Below are positions 8,728-16,390 of a stretch of 64,000 bases of DNA, one piece after another. The notes below the pieces were generated by a model. It searched no databases, had not been told where the DNA came from, and worked only from the letters and a program-made list of their open reading frames with translations. Origin of the DNA: Flavobacteriales bacterium (GTDB lineage Bacteria > Bacteroidota > Bacteroidia > Flavobacteriales_F > PHOS-HE28); the NCBI GenBank assembly GCA_046329115.1, contig JAXLVG010000002.1, positions 3,714 to 67,713 of the forward strand. Direction: 5' to 3'. The stretch's first letter is position 1. Every line of letters starts with the position of its first letter. The translations under genes and the position numbers were made by a program.

Positions 8728-10278
8728 TCATTGCTTCACCACCTTCACCGTTGAGTAGTGTCCAGCGTTTCCGACCCGAAGGCTGTACGTACCGATCGCG
8801 AGATCGTCAAGGGTGATGTCCAACCGACCTCCTTGGCCGAGCGGTTGCGACCAGCGACGGACCGTTCGACCAGCCGGATCGCTCAGAAGAAGATCCACCA
8901 CCGTGCTCGCCCCGTTCGAAAGCGTCAGGGTCGTCCGTTCGGATACCGGATTCGGAGCAACGCTCAATGTACCGTACGTTGATCGCTCCTCGATCGCGGA
9001 AGAGATATCATTCCGGTATTTGATGAGAACGATGTGGTTGAGCCCGGCGACCTCGGCATACCCGATGCCCAGTACGGAACTATCATTGGTGAAGGCCAGG
9101 TCGAAACAGGTCTCCTCGCCGCCATCCTCGTCATAGTCCGTCGTGACGAATGTTCCATCACCGTTGAGCTCCGCATCCCAGCGTTGGACGTTCCAATTCC
9201 GCGAGTCGGGTCCGTCGGCCACGTTGCCGCCGCCAAGGATGGCACCATTGTTCTGGACCAACAGACAGTTCCAGGCATCCGCGCCTTCCGCACTGTTCTG
9301 GAATGCATCCGTCAACTCCAGGCCGTTGGGATCGAACTGGTGGATGATCCGCCCCTGGCTTCCGCCCGTCGGTCGCTTCACCCCGGCGACGACCATGTTG
9401 CCGTCAGGCTGCAGCGCTATGCTGCGGGCAATGAGGTCAGCACCCTCCTCCGATATCCATGAATGGCCACTGGCGTTCCCAAAATCGGTGGGAATGTTGC
9501 CGGCGGCATCGAGATGCCCGAGGAGCAGGGACAAATCGCTCTCGCCCGTACGTGTGGCCAGACCGCAGAAATAGATGTCGCCCGCATCGCCGAGCACAGC
9601 ACTACGCAGCTCCTCACCCGAAGCGTCGCCGATGGAAACAAGCACCGAGCCGTCCCCTCCGAACGTGGGATCCAGGTCGCCATTGTCCAAGTATCGCTCC
9701 AGCACGACCTCGGTAAGTCCGGTGGCCGCGCCGCTGAAACCACACAGAACGATCCGGCCATCGGGCTGCACCAGCACTTCGTAGGCCTCCTCCGCGTCCG
9801 GGGTGCTGTGGATGTCGCGCACCAGGATGCCGGTACCATTGAAGGAAGGGTCCAGCGAACCGTCCGCAAGGAAGCGCGCCACGAACATATCACTGTTGTT
9901 CTCGGCCGCATCGGAGAATAAATGGCCGCCTACGACCAGCCGGCCTTGCCCATCGAGCTCCGCCGAACGGATGAACTCGCTGCCGGCGGCCAGATCGTGC
10001 TGTACCACACCATCGGTACCGTAGGCGAGGTCGGACGACCCATCGGGGTTGAGCCGCAGCAGCACGGTGTTGTAATGGTCGCCGTCACTGCTGCGCCCGG
10101 CCACAAGTATCCGGTCATCCGGCAGCACCACGGCGGTCACGGTCTGATCGTCGTTGCCCCCGCCCAAGGACGGTACCAGGACCTTTCCATTGTCGCCGAA
10201 CGAAGTATCCCAGCTGCCGGGCTGTGCGAGGGCGCCGAGCCCAAGGAAAGCCATCGTCGAAAGTGCAATGCTTCTCAT
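8728..10278 (-). CDS. Delta-60 repeat beta-propeller protein with a T9SS type-A C-terminal sorting domain
   Basis: Signal peptide MRSIALSTMAFLGLGALAQ. Repeats of the form SFGDNGKVLVP...DGSLDPSFNGTG... follow. The C-terminus reads LSVAPNPVSERTTLTLS...GTYSLRV...STVKVVKQ. Confidence 0.8.
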   Translation of the reverse strand: MRSIALSTMAFLGLGALAQPGSWDTSFGDNGKVLVPSLGGGNDDQTVTAVVLPDDRILVAGRSSDGDHYNTVLLRLNPDGSSDLAYGTDGVVQHDLAAGSEFIRSAELDGQGRLVVGGHLFSDAAENNSDMFVARFLADGSLDPSFNGTGILVRDIHSTPDAEEAYEVLVQPDGRIVLCGFSGAATGLTEVVLERYLDNGDLDPTFGGDGSVLVSIGDASGEELRSAVLGDAGDIYFCGLATRTGESDLSLLLGHLDAAGNIPTDFGNASGHSWISEEGADLIARSIALQPDGNMVVAGVKRPTGGSQGRIIHQFDPNGLELTDAFQNSAEGADAWNCLLVQNNGAILGGGNVADGPDSRNWNVQRWDAELNGDGTFVTTDYDEDGGEETCFDLAFTNDSSVLGIGYAEVAGLNHIVLIKYRNDISSAIEERSTYGTLSVAPNPVSERTTLTLSNGASTVVDLLLSDPAGRTVRRWSQPLGQGGRLDITLDDLAIGTYSLRVGNAGHYSTVKVVKQ

Positions 10279-10283
10279 GGTCT

Positions 10284-10311
10284 GTCGTGTTTTACCCCGG
10301 CAAAACACGAC
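10284..10311 (-). other. Perfect 10 bp stem / 8 nt loop hairpin 6 nt upstream of the ATG of 8728-10278
   Basis: gtcgtgtttt-accccggc-aaaacacgac. The loop motif ccccggc resembles the stems of the terminators at 27086-27120 and 30928-30965. Confidence 0.5.
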
Positions 10312-10326
10312 CAGCAATGAAGGTGC

Positions 10327-10347
10327 GGCAATAACCCGTGCGGGTTA
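10327..10347 (-). promoter_or_regulatory. 7-2-7 inverted repeat TAACCCG-TG-CGGGTTA (NarL/LuxR-type operator candidate)
   Basis: ggcaataacccgtgcgggtta is a perfect heptamer inverted repeat with a 2 bp spacer. It lies between the response-regulator stop and the next gene start. Confidence 0.45.
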
Positions 10348-10350
10348 GGC

Positions 10351-10989
10351 TCACGTCCCGGGATACACCTTCCGGATCGCCTCCATGCGGCCGCTCACCT
10401 GCAGCTTGCTGTAGATGCGGCGCACGTGCACGCGGACCGTCTCGGTGCTCAGATTTAGCTTGTCGGCGATCTCCTTGTACTGCAGACCAGCGGCCAGCCC
10501 ATCGAGCACCTGCTTCTCCCGTTCGCTCAGCTTGTCGTCGTTGATGCGCTGCTGGGTCTCCTTCTGGAAACTGTTCACCACCAACCTGGCGATGGCGCTG
10601 TTCATGGGTGAGCCACCCCGGTGGATGTCGCGGACGGCCTCGAGCAGCTCCTCGGCCGGGGTGCTCTTCAGCAGGTAGCCGGTGGCCCCTGAGCACAAGG
10701 CCTCGAAGATGTACGCCGGGTTCTCGAAGATGGTGAGCATCAGGTACTGCACCTCCGGCTTCAGGCGCTTCGCCTCCCGTACGGTGTCGATGCCGTTCCG
10801 CCCCTCCATGTTGATGTCCATCAGCACCACGTGCAGCTCCAGCTCGGGCAGCTTGTCCAGGTACGCATCACCGCTCTCGAAGACGCGCACCACCTGCATG
10901 TCCCCGGCCCGTTCGATGCGCCGGCGGATGAGCGCACGCAGCTCATCGTCGTCCTCCACGATGGCGATGCGGATGGGGGATGCGGCCAT
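10351..10989 (-). CDS. NarL/LuxR-family response regulator (REC + HTH)
   Basis: MAASPIRIAIVEDDDELRALI...VVLMDINMEG...GATGYLLKS..., then LSEREKQVLDGLAAGLQYKEIADKLNLSTETVRVHVRRIYSKL. The long ORF upstream of MAASP is an opposite-strand GC artefact. Confidence 0.85.
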   Translation of the reverse strand: MAASPIRIAIVEDDDELRALIRRRIERAGDMQVVRVFESGDAYLDKLPELELHVVLMDINMEGRNGIDTVREAKRLKPEVQYLMLTIFENPAYIFEALCSGATGYLLKSTPAEELLEAVRDIHRGGSPMNSAIARLVVNSFQKETQQRINDDKLSEREKQVLDGLAAGLQYKEIADKLNLSTETVRVHVRRIYSKLQVSGRMEAIRKVYPGT

Positions 10990-11018
10990 GCGACCGCAAA
11001 ATACGCGGTCCCCCGGCT

Positions 11019-13370
11019 TCAGGGGAGCTCCATCCGCAGGTGGATGCGCGTGCCCCGGCCATCGCCGCTTTCCACCGTGAGGCGGGCCCCGCAGCGTTCC
11101 GCACGGTGCCGCATGTTCTCCAGGCCGTGCCCCTCCACCTTGTCCGCCCCGATGCCCGAACCGTTGTCCTTCACGTCGAACGCGAGCGTGGTCGGGCTCG
11201 TGTGGAAGCGCACCTCGATCCGCGCGGCCCGGGCATACTTGATCGCGTTGTTCAGCGCTTCGCGGAAGATCAGGTAGATGTCGCGCTTCACCGCCGGGTC
11301 CAGCGTGCGATCCGCGCCTTCGTGCGCGCAGTCGATGCTGTGCTCCACCTTGCCCCACTTGAGCATGCGCTCGGCATGGGCGCGCACGCGCTCGGTGAGC
11401 CCCGCCAGCGAATCGTGGTGCGGATCGATGGACCAGACGATGTCGCCCAGGGAGCGGTTGGCCTCCCCGGCGATGCGCTCGATGTCGTCGGCCAGGGCGG
11501 GCACGGCCCGCACGTCGCTCTGCGCGAGCTCCCTGGCCTCGGTGCTCAGCAGCACGAGCTTGGTGAGGTCGCTGCCGAGCTGGTCGTGCACATCGCGCGC
11601 GATGCGCGTGCGTACTTCGGAGGCCTCGCGCGCCCGCTCGCTCTCCAACAGCCGGGCCTGCGCCTCCAGGATGGCCGCGTTCTTCTCCGCGAGCGCACGA
11701 CGGCTGCGGCGTGCGTTGCGCAGGAGCAGGAAGAGGAGCGCCCCCACCACGGCCACCACGCCGAAGCCCGCGGCCAGAAACAGGTTACGCCGGCGGTGGG
11801 CCGCGAGCTCGCTTTCCTGCGCGGCGTTCGTGGCGGACAGCTCCTCCAGTTCGGCATCCTTGCGTTCCGAGGCGAAGCGGACGTTCAAGGCGTTCAGGTC
11901 CTTGATGCGCTCCAGGTCCAGCAGGCTGTCCTTGGCGGTGAGGTAGAGCCGAAGGGAGGCCAGGGCCTCCGTCGTGTTGCCGTTCGCCTGATGCACTTCG
12001 TGCTGCGCGAACAGGGCATCGCGCCAGGTCTCCAGCCAGCCTTCGCGGGTAGCGAGGGCGATGAGGGTGTCCAGGTCGCCAAGGGCGGCACGGCGATCGG
12101 CCGCATCGCCATGCGCCAGGATCCGCGCGTGCTCCACCCGCAGCCACGCCCGATCGATGCGCAGCCCGGGATGTTGGGCGAGCGCGAGGCCCTCCCCGAT
12201 GTAGGCCCGGGCCTGACCGAAGCGCCCCAGCCGACGGCACACCTTGCCCAGGTCCAGCAGGATGGCCGCCTCCTCAACGCGCTCGCCCTGCACCATGGTG
12301 ACCGCCTGCGGGCCGCGCATCAGCTCCAGCGCCCGCTGCAGGGACCGCAATGCGGTATCCAGCCTGCCCAGCTCCAGGAGGCAGGCACCATAGGTGCCCA
12401 GCAGCGTCGCCTTGACGTGCGCCTGTTCGACCCCCTCCAGAAGGTCGAGCGCCTCCTTCAAATGCGCCAGCGCCGAGGCGCGATCCCCGAAGTCGATGTG
12501 GAGCTCCGCGAGCTCCCGGCCGGTCTCCACGATCATGGCGTTCGACCGCAGCATCTTGGACAGCGCGTGTGCGCGAAGGGCGTCCCGCAGGGCCAGGTCC
12601 TGATCGGCCAGTTCGTTCGCGGCGAAGGCGCGCATGCGGCAGGCCGCGCGCTCGTGCAGGAGCGCGCCGGTGCGCTGGATGAGCGCTTCCGCAACGGCGC
12701 AATGGTGCAGGGTGCGCATGAACGCCTCGGTGGTGATGGCCTCCATGGCACTGTCCAGCTGCAGCTGGATGAGCAGGAAGGTGTCGCGCGAGGCGGTGAT
12801 GACCTCCGCGATGCGATCGCTGGCGCGTTGCACCGTTTCCGGGTCGGCCGATCCACCATACTTGGTAACGCCCAGTGCCCAGTAGAGGCCCGTGGCCGAA
12901 CGGTGGCGTTCGAACGCTTCGAGCGCCTTGGCGTAGTGCACAAGCGCCACGCTGTCCTCGCCTGCATCCTCGCAACGGTCGATGTACAGGCACCAATGCG
13001 CGTAACCCAGGTCCTCCTGCGGTCCATGCTGGGTGAGCAGCCGCAGGGCCCGTTCCAGTTCCGCCGCCTCACCGCCATAATATCCGCTCGTCTGCCTGGC
13101 CGCCACCCGGCGCGTGATCGCACTGCCCAGCAACGAAGGGTCGTTGAGGCGCTCGGCCAGCGCGATCGCCTCCTGCGCCGCCTCCATCGCGCTCACCGGG
13201 TCCGTATCGCGCTGGTACCATGCCAGGCGTTCCAGCTTGCGCGCCCGGTCGGCATCGCTCAAACGCGCATTCGCCAGTTCGCGCTGGAGCCTGCCGATGT
13301 TGACGGCCTGCGCCAACGCCCCGTGCCAGGGCGCAAGCAGCAGCAGGAGGACAAGGGCACGGCCGGTCAT
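11019..13370 (-). CDS. Sensor histidine kinase with periplasmic TPR repeats, HisKA_3 and HATPase_c (HK-A)
   Basis: Signal/TM1 MTGRALVLLLLLAPWHGALAQ, TPR-like region, TM2 LFLAAGFGVVAVVGALLFLLL, then RIARDVHDQLGSDLTKL and ...ALNNAIKYA...VKDNGSGIG...GHGLENMRHRAE. It lies directly upstream of the RR. Confidence 0.85.
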   Translation of the reverse strand: MTGRALVLLLLLAPWHGALAQAVNIGRLQRELANARLSDADRARKLERLAWYQRDTDPVSAMEAAQEAIALAERLNDPSLLGSAITRRVAARQTSGYYGGEAAELERALRLLTQHGPQEDLGYAHWCLYIDRCEDAGEDSVALVHYAKALEAFERHRSATGLYWALGVTKYGGSADPETVQRASDRIAEVITASRDTFLLIQLQLDSAMEAITTEAFMRTLHHCAVAEALIQRTGALLHERAACRMRAFAANELADQDLALRDALRAHALSKMLRSNAMIVETGRELAELHIDFGDRASALAHLKEALDLLEGVEQAHVKATLLGTYGACLLELGRLDTALRSLQRALELMRGPQAVTMVQGERVEEAAILLDLGKVCRRLGRFGQARAYIGEGLALAQHPGLRIDRAWLRVEHARILAHGDAADRRAALGDLDTLIALATREGWLETWRDALFAQHEVHQANGNTTEALASLRLYLTAKDSLLDLERIKDLNALNVRFASERKDAELEELSATNAAQESELAAHRRRNLFLAAGFGVVAVVGALLFLLLRNARRSRRALAEKNAAILEAQARLLESERAREASEVRTRIARDVHDQLGSDLTKLVLLSTEARELAQSDVRAVPALADDIERIAGEANRSLGDIVWSIDPHHDSLAGLTERVRAHAERMLKWGKVEHSIDCAHEGADRTLDPAVKRDIYLIFREALNNAIKYARAARIEVRFHTSPTTLAFDVKDNGSGIGADKVEGHGLENMRHRAERCGARLTVESGDGRGTRIHLRMELP

Positions 13371-13401
13371 GCTGCGAAGGTGCGTGGTGCGCGTGGCACC
13401 G

Positions 13402-13453
13402 GCAATCACCCATGCGGGTGAAGCGACCGGATCAACCCGAACGGGTTATGGCG
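13402..13453. promoter_or_regulatory. Divergent-promoter operator pair (GGCAATCACCC...CAACCCG-AA-CGGGTTATGGC)
   Basis: aacccgaacgggtt is a perfect 7-2-7-type palindrome. The arm sequences match those at 20477-20518. The site lies between HK-A and the divergent novel-CTD gene. Confidence 0.4.
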
Positions 13454-13503
13454 CACCACCGTCCCGACAGGAAGCTTTGCCGTTGATCAATGCTCCACAG
13501 CCG

Positions 13504-16311
13504 ATGAACCGGACATGCACCCTTCTGCTCTGCATCGCGACCGCGCAGCTCGCATCCGCACAGCAATACCCGCTCGACAGTCTTTGCTGGGGACTTACCG
13601 GCAGCGGCATCGCGATCCTGGAGGACACCGTGCACGACCGGATCTTCGTGGGGGGTGACTTCGTACAGGTGCGCGACCCGCGGGAGCTTGAGAACTGCGT
13701 GGAGTTCAACGCGACCAGCGGGCTCGTGGTGCGGCAGTCGCCGAACCCGGACGGGGCGGTGCGGTGCGCGCTGCCCGATGGCGCCGGGGGCTGGTACATC
13801 GGCGGTGACTTCAGCGTGGTCGGCGGCCTGCCACGCGCCCGCCTCGCCCACGTCCTGCCGGACGGCTCTGTGGCGGCATGGGCCCCGGTGGTGGTGGGTT
13901 CGGTGCGCACCATGCTCATCAAAGGCGACACCCTGTACTTCGGTGGCGGCCTCACCACCGTGAACGGTGCGGCACGGACCAACCTGGCGGCCGTGCGCCG
14001 CTCCACCGGCACCAATGTGGCATGGACCCAGGCCACGGCGAACGACACGGTGCGGTGCATGGCCCTGAACAGCGGCCGGCTCTACGTGGGTGGCGACTTC
14101 ACGCAGGTGAACGGATCGGCGCGATCGCGCATCGCTTCCTTCACCGTAAGCAACCACGCGCTCACCACCTGGGCACCCACCGTGGACGACAAGGTGCGCT
14201 GTGCCATCGCAACCGCATCTGCCGTGTACATCTGCGGCGACCTCACCACGGTGAACGGCATCGCGCGCGGTGGCGCCGCATCGTTGAACCCGACGGGCAA
14301 CTTCGTGCTGAACTGGAACCCGAACACGAACGGAACGGTGAACTGCATGGCCCTCTCCGGGTCGTCCATCCTGCTCGGGGGCACGTTCACGCAGGTGAAC
14401 GGTTCCACGCGCAACCGCATCGCCATTGTTTCGGCCGGCACCATAGCGTCGCTGTCAACGTGGACCAAGGACCTCGACGGTGCTGTGGAAGGCATCGCCG
14501 TGCTGAACGATGTGGTCTATGCGACCGGCGCGTTCGAGCGTGTGGATGCCGTATTCCGCCACCGCTTGGTGGCGTTGGGGCTGCCGGGCACCGCCGCGCC
14601 GGCCATCGGCGATTGGCGCGCGAGCGTTCACGGCGAGGCCGCATGGTGCATCGCGGCGCAGGGGTCGGGCATTTTCGTCGGCGGTGCGTTCTCCCGTTGC
14701 GGACTGTCGCGCCGGAGCATCGCCGCTTATGATCAAACCACCGGACTTCCCTTGCCCTGGGACCCGGGGGTGAACGGCGAGGTGCGCTCGCTGGCCCAGG
14801 GCGCTGACGGTACTGTGTACGCCGCCGGGTCGTTCACTTCAGTGGGGGGCGTTGCGCGTGCGAACATGGTGGCCCTCGACCCCCTCACCGGTGCGGTGCT
14901 TTCGTGGAGCGGCGGCGCCACCCTGGGCGATGTGAACGCCATCGTTGTGAGCGGCGATACCCTGGTGGCCTGTGGCACCTTCGCCTTCCTGGGCGGAACG
15001 CCCCGCCTGGGCCTCGGAGCGTTGTCGCGCACCACCGCGGCGGTGCTTCCATGGAACCTGCCGGTGGCGCCCGGCGACGAGCCGAAGAAGCTGTTGCTCC
15101 GCCGGGATACGCTGTACGTGTGCGGCCACATCACCGCCGTTGGCAGTACGGGGCGCAACGCAGTGGCGGCCATCCGCCTCTCCACCGGTACCGTGCTCCC
15201 GTTCGCCGCCGATTGTGCAGCAGGAAGTTCGGCGCAGCAGATGGCCTTGGACGGTGACCGGCTCTGGGTGGGCCGCGTTGATGGCATCTGGGGAGGTGAG
15301 AACATACTCTCGTGGGACCTTCTTGTGCTGAACGCGTACACCGGCGCCATTCTGCCTCGCCAACCCATGGAAGGGAACGCCCTGGCCGTGCGTGGCAACA
15401 AGGTCTTCAGCGGCCAGGCCTACCTCGCCGCCCGGGATGCCGCAACAGGCTGGCTCACCGGGAGCAGCCTCGGGCAGAGCTGCGGGGGTGCGTTGCTGTT
15501 CTCGGAAAGCGGCGACCTGCTTTGTGCAGGCGTGGCGGATAATATCCCCTCCAACAAGGGTTTCTTCCGTGTGCGCATCGATCCGAGCATCTCCATCCGC
15601 GTCATGCTCGATGGACCCTTCAGCACCGGCACCATGACCCCCACCCTGAACGATCTCGGCCTGTTGCCGACCACCGAGCCTTACACGTCCCTGGGCTACA
15701 TGCATACGGGCGGTGGTGGCGGCGAGGTCGCTGGTTCCGCGCTCAACTTCCCGTCGAGCGGCATCATCGACTGGATCGTCGTCGAATACCGGGATGCGGT
15801 GGACCCGTCCATCGTGGTCGCTTCCGCGAGCCGATTGCTCTACTCCAACGGCCGCGTGGAACGGGCGGGGGGTATCAGCATCCCGACCTTCGCCGCCGAT
15901 CCCAACGGCCAGTACCACGTGGCCGTGCGCCACCGCAACCACCTGGGCGTGATGACCGCACAACCGGTGGACTTCTCCACCAGCCCCTTCATCGACTTCA
16001 CGGCGCAGAGCACGGCGGTATTCGGCACTGATACCCGGAAGAACAACAGCGGTACCCTGTGCCTGTGGGCCGGTGATGTGAACTTCGACGGAACGATCAA
16101 GTACACCGGAAGCAACAACGACCGCGACCCCATCCTGGTGAGCATCGGGGGCACCACGCCGAACAGTGTCTTGAGCGGCATGTACAGCGCGGCCGATGTG
16201 AACATGGATGGTCTGGTGAAGTACACCGGCAATAAGAACGATCGCGATCAGGTGCTGCTGAGCATCGGCGGCACCACGCCGAACAGCACGCGCACCGACC
16301 AGCTGCCGTGA
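13504..16311 (+). CDS. Secreted delta-60/beta-propeller repeat protein with the novel RHRNHL/twin dockerin-like C-terminal module (ends ...TDQLP)
   Basis: Signal peptide MNRTCTLLLCIATAQLASAQ. It has many GGDFTQVNG...R.RLA roughly 60 aa repeats. The C-terminal roughly 247 aa (about 15568-16311) is the conserved module. The ORF portion 13114-13503 overlaps HK-A on the other strand and is rejected. Confidence 0.8.
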   Translation: MNRTCTLLLCIATAQLASAQQYPLDSLCWGLTGSGIAILEDTVHDRIFVGGDFVQVRDPRELENCVEFNATSGLVVRQSPNPDGAVRCALPDGAGGWYIGGDFSVVGGLPRARLAHVLPDGSVAAWAPVVVGSVRTMLIKGDTLYFGGGLTTVNGAARTNLAAVRRSTGTNVAWTQATANDTVRCMALNSGRLYVGGDFTQVNGSARSRIASFTVSNHALTTWAPTVDDKVRCAIATASAVYICGDLTTVNGIARGGAASLNPTGNFVLNWNPNTNGTVNCMALSGSSILLGGTFTQVNGSTRNRIAIVSAGTIASLSTWTKDLDGAVEGIAVLNDVVYATGAFERVDAVFRHRLVALGLPGTAAPAIGDWRASVHGEAAWCIAAQGSGIFVGGAFSRCGLSRRSIAAYDQTTGLPLPWDPGVNGEVRSLAQGADGTVYAAGSFTSVGGVARANMVALDPLTGAVLSWSGGATLGDVNAIVVSGDTLVACGTFAFLGGTPRLGLGALSRTTAAVLPWNLPVAPGDEPKKLLLRRDTLYVCGHITAVGSTGRNAVAAIRLSTGTVLPFAADCAAGSSAQQMALDGDRLWVGRVDGIWGGENILSWDLLVLNAYTGAILPRQPMEGNALAVRGNKVFSGQAYLAARDAATGWLTGSSLGQSCGGALLFSESGDLLCAGVADNIPSNKGFFRVRIDPSISIRVMLDGPFSTGTMTPTLNDLGLLPTTEPYTSLGYMHTGGGGGEVAGSALNFPSSGIIDWIVVEYRDAVDPSIVVASASRLLYSNGRVERAGGISIPTFAADPNGQYHVAVRHRNHLGVMTAQPVDFSTSPFIDFTAQSTAVFGTDTRKNNSGTLCLWAGDVNFDGTIKYTGSNNDRDPILVSIGGTTPNSVLSGMYSAADVNMDGLVKYTGNKNDRDQVLLSIGGTTPNSTRTDQLP

Positions 16312-16390
16312 GCGTGGTGCGTCGGTGGTCAACACCCATGTCCGCATGCGGCCGTGCGCATGGCAAGAAGTCCTCGCGGTGATCGCGGGC

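Noticed and set aside
10980-13421. Very long ORFs on the strand opposite to real genes. Examples are 636-1946, 10980-13421, 13432-14157, 14839-16581, 20496-23051, 23674-25407, 28403-30358, 39733-43209, 43049-46684, 53933-56707 and 31107-32858.
   Set aside because: These are typical high-GC antisense ORF artefacts. They are low-complexity Arg/Ala/Gly/His-rich translations with no domain signatures, and each lies fully inside a well-supported gene on the other strand.
13114-13503. N-terminal extensions of ORFs upstream of the signal peptide. These are 13114-13503, 19869-20546, 27118-27498 and 36652-36714, and the leading parts of 10351-11358, 27136-28578, 30999-32558 and 33187-36381.
   Set aside because: The extensions overlap convergent or divergent genes and lack signal-peptide logic. 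Internal ATGs immediately preceding canonical signal peptides or domain starts were chosen instead.
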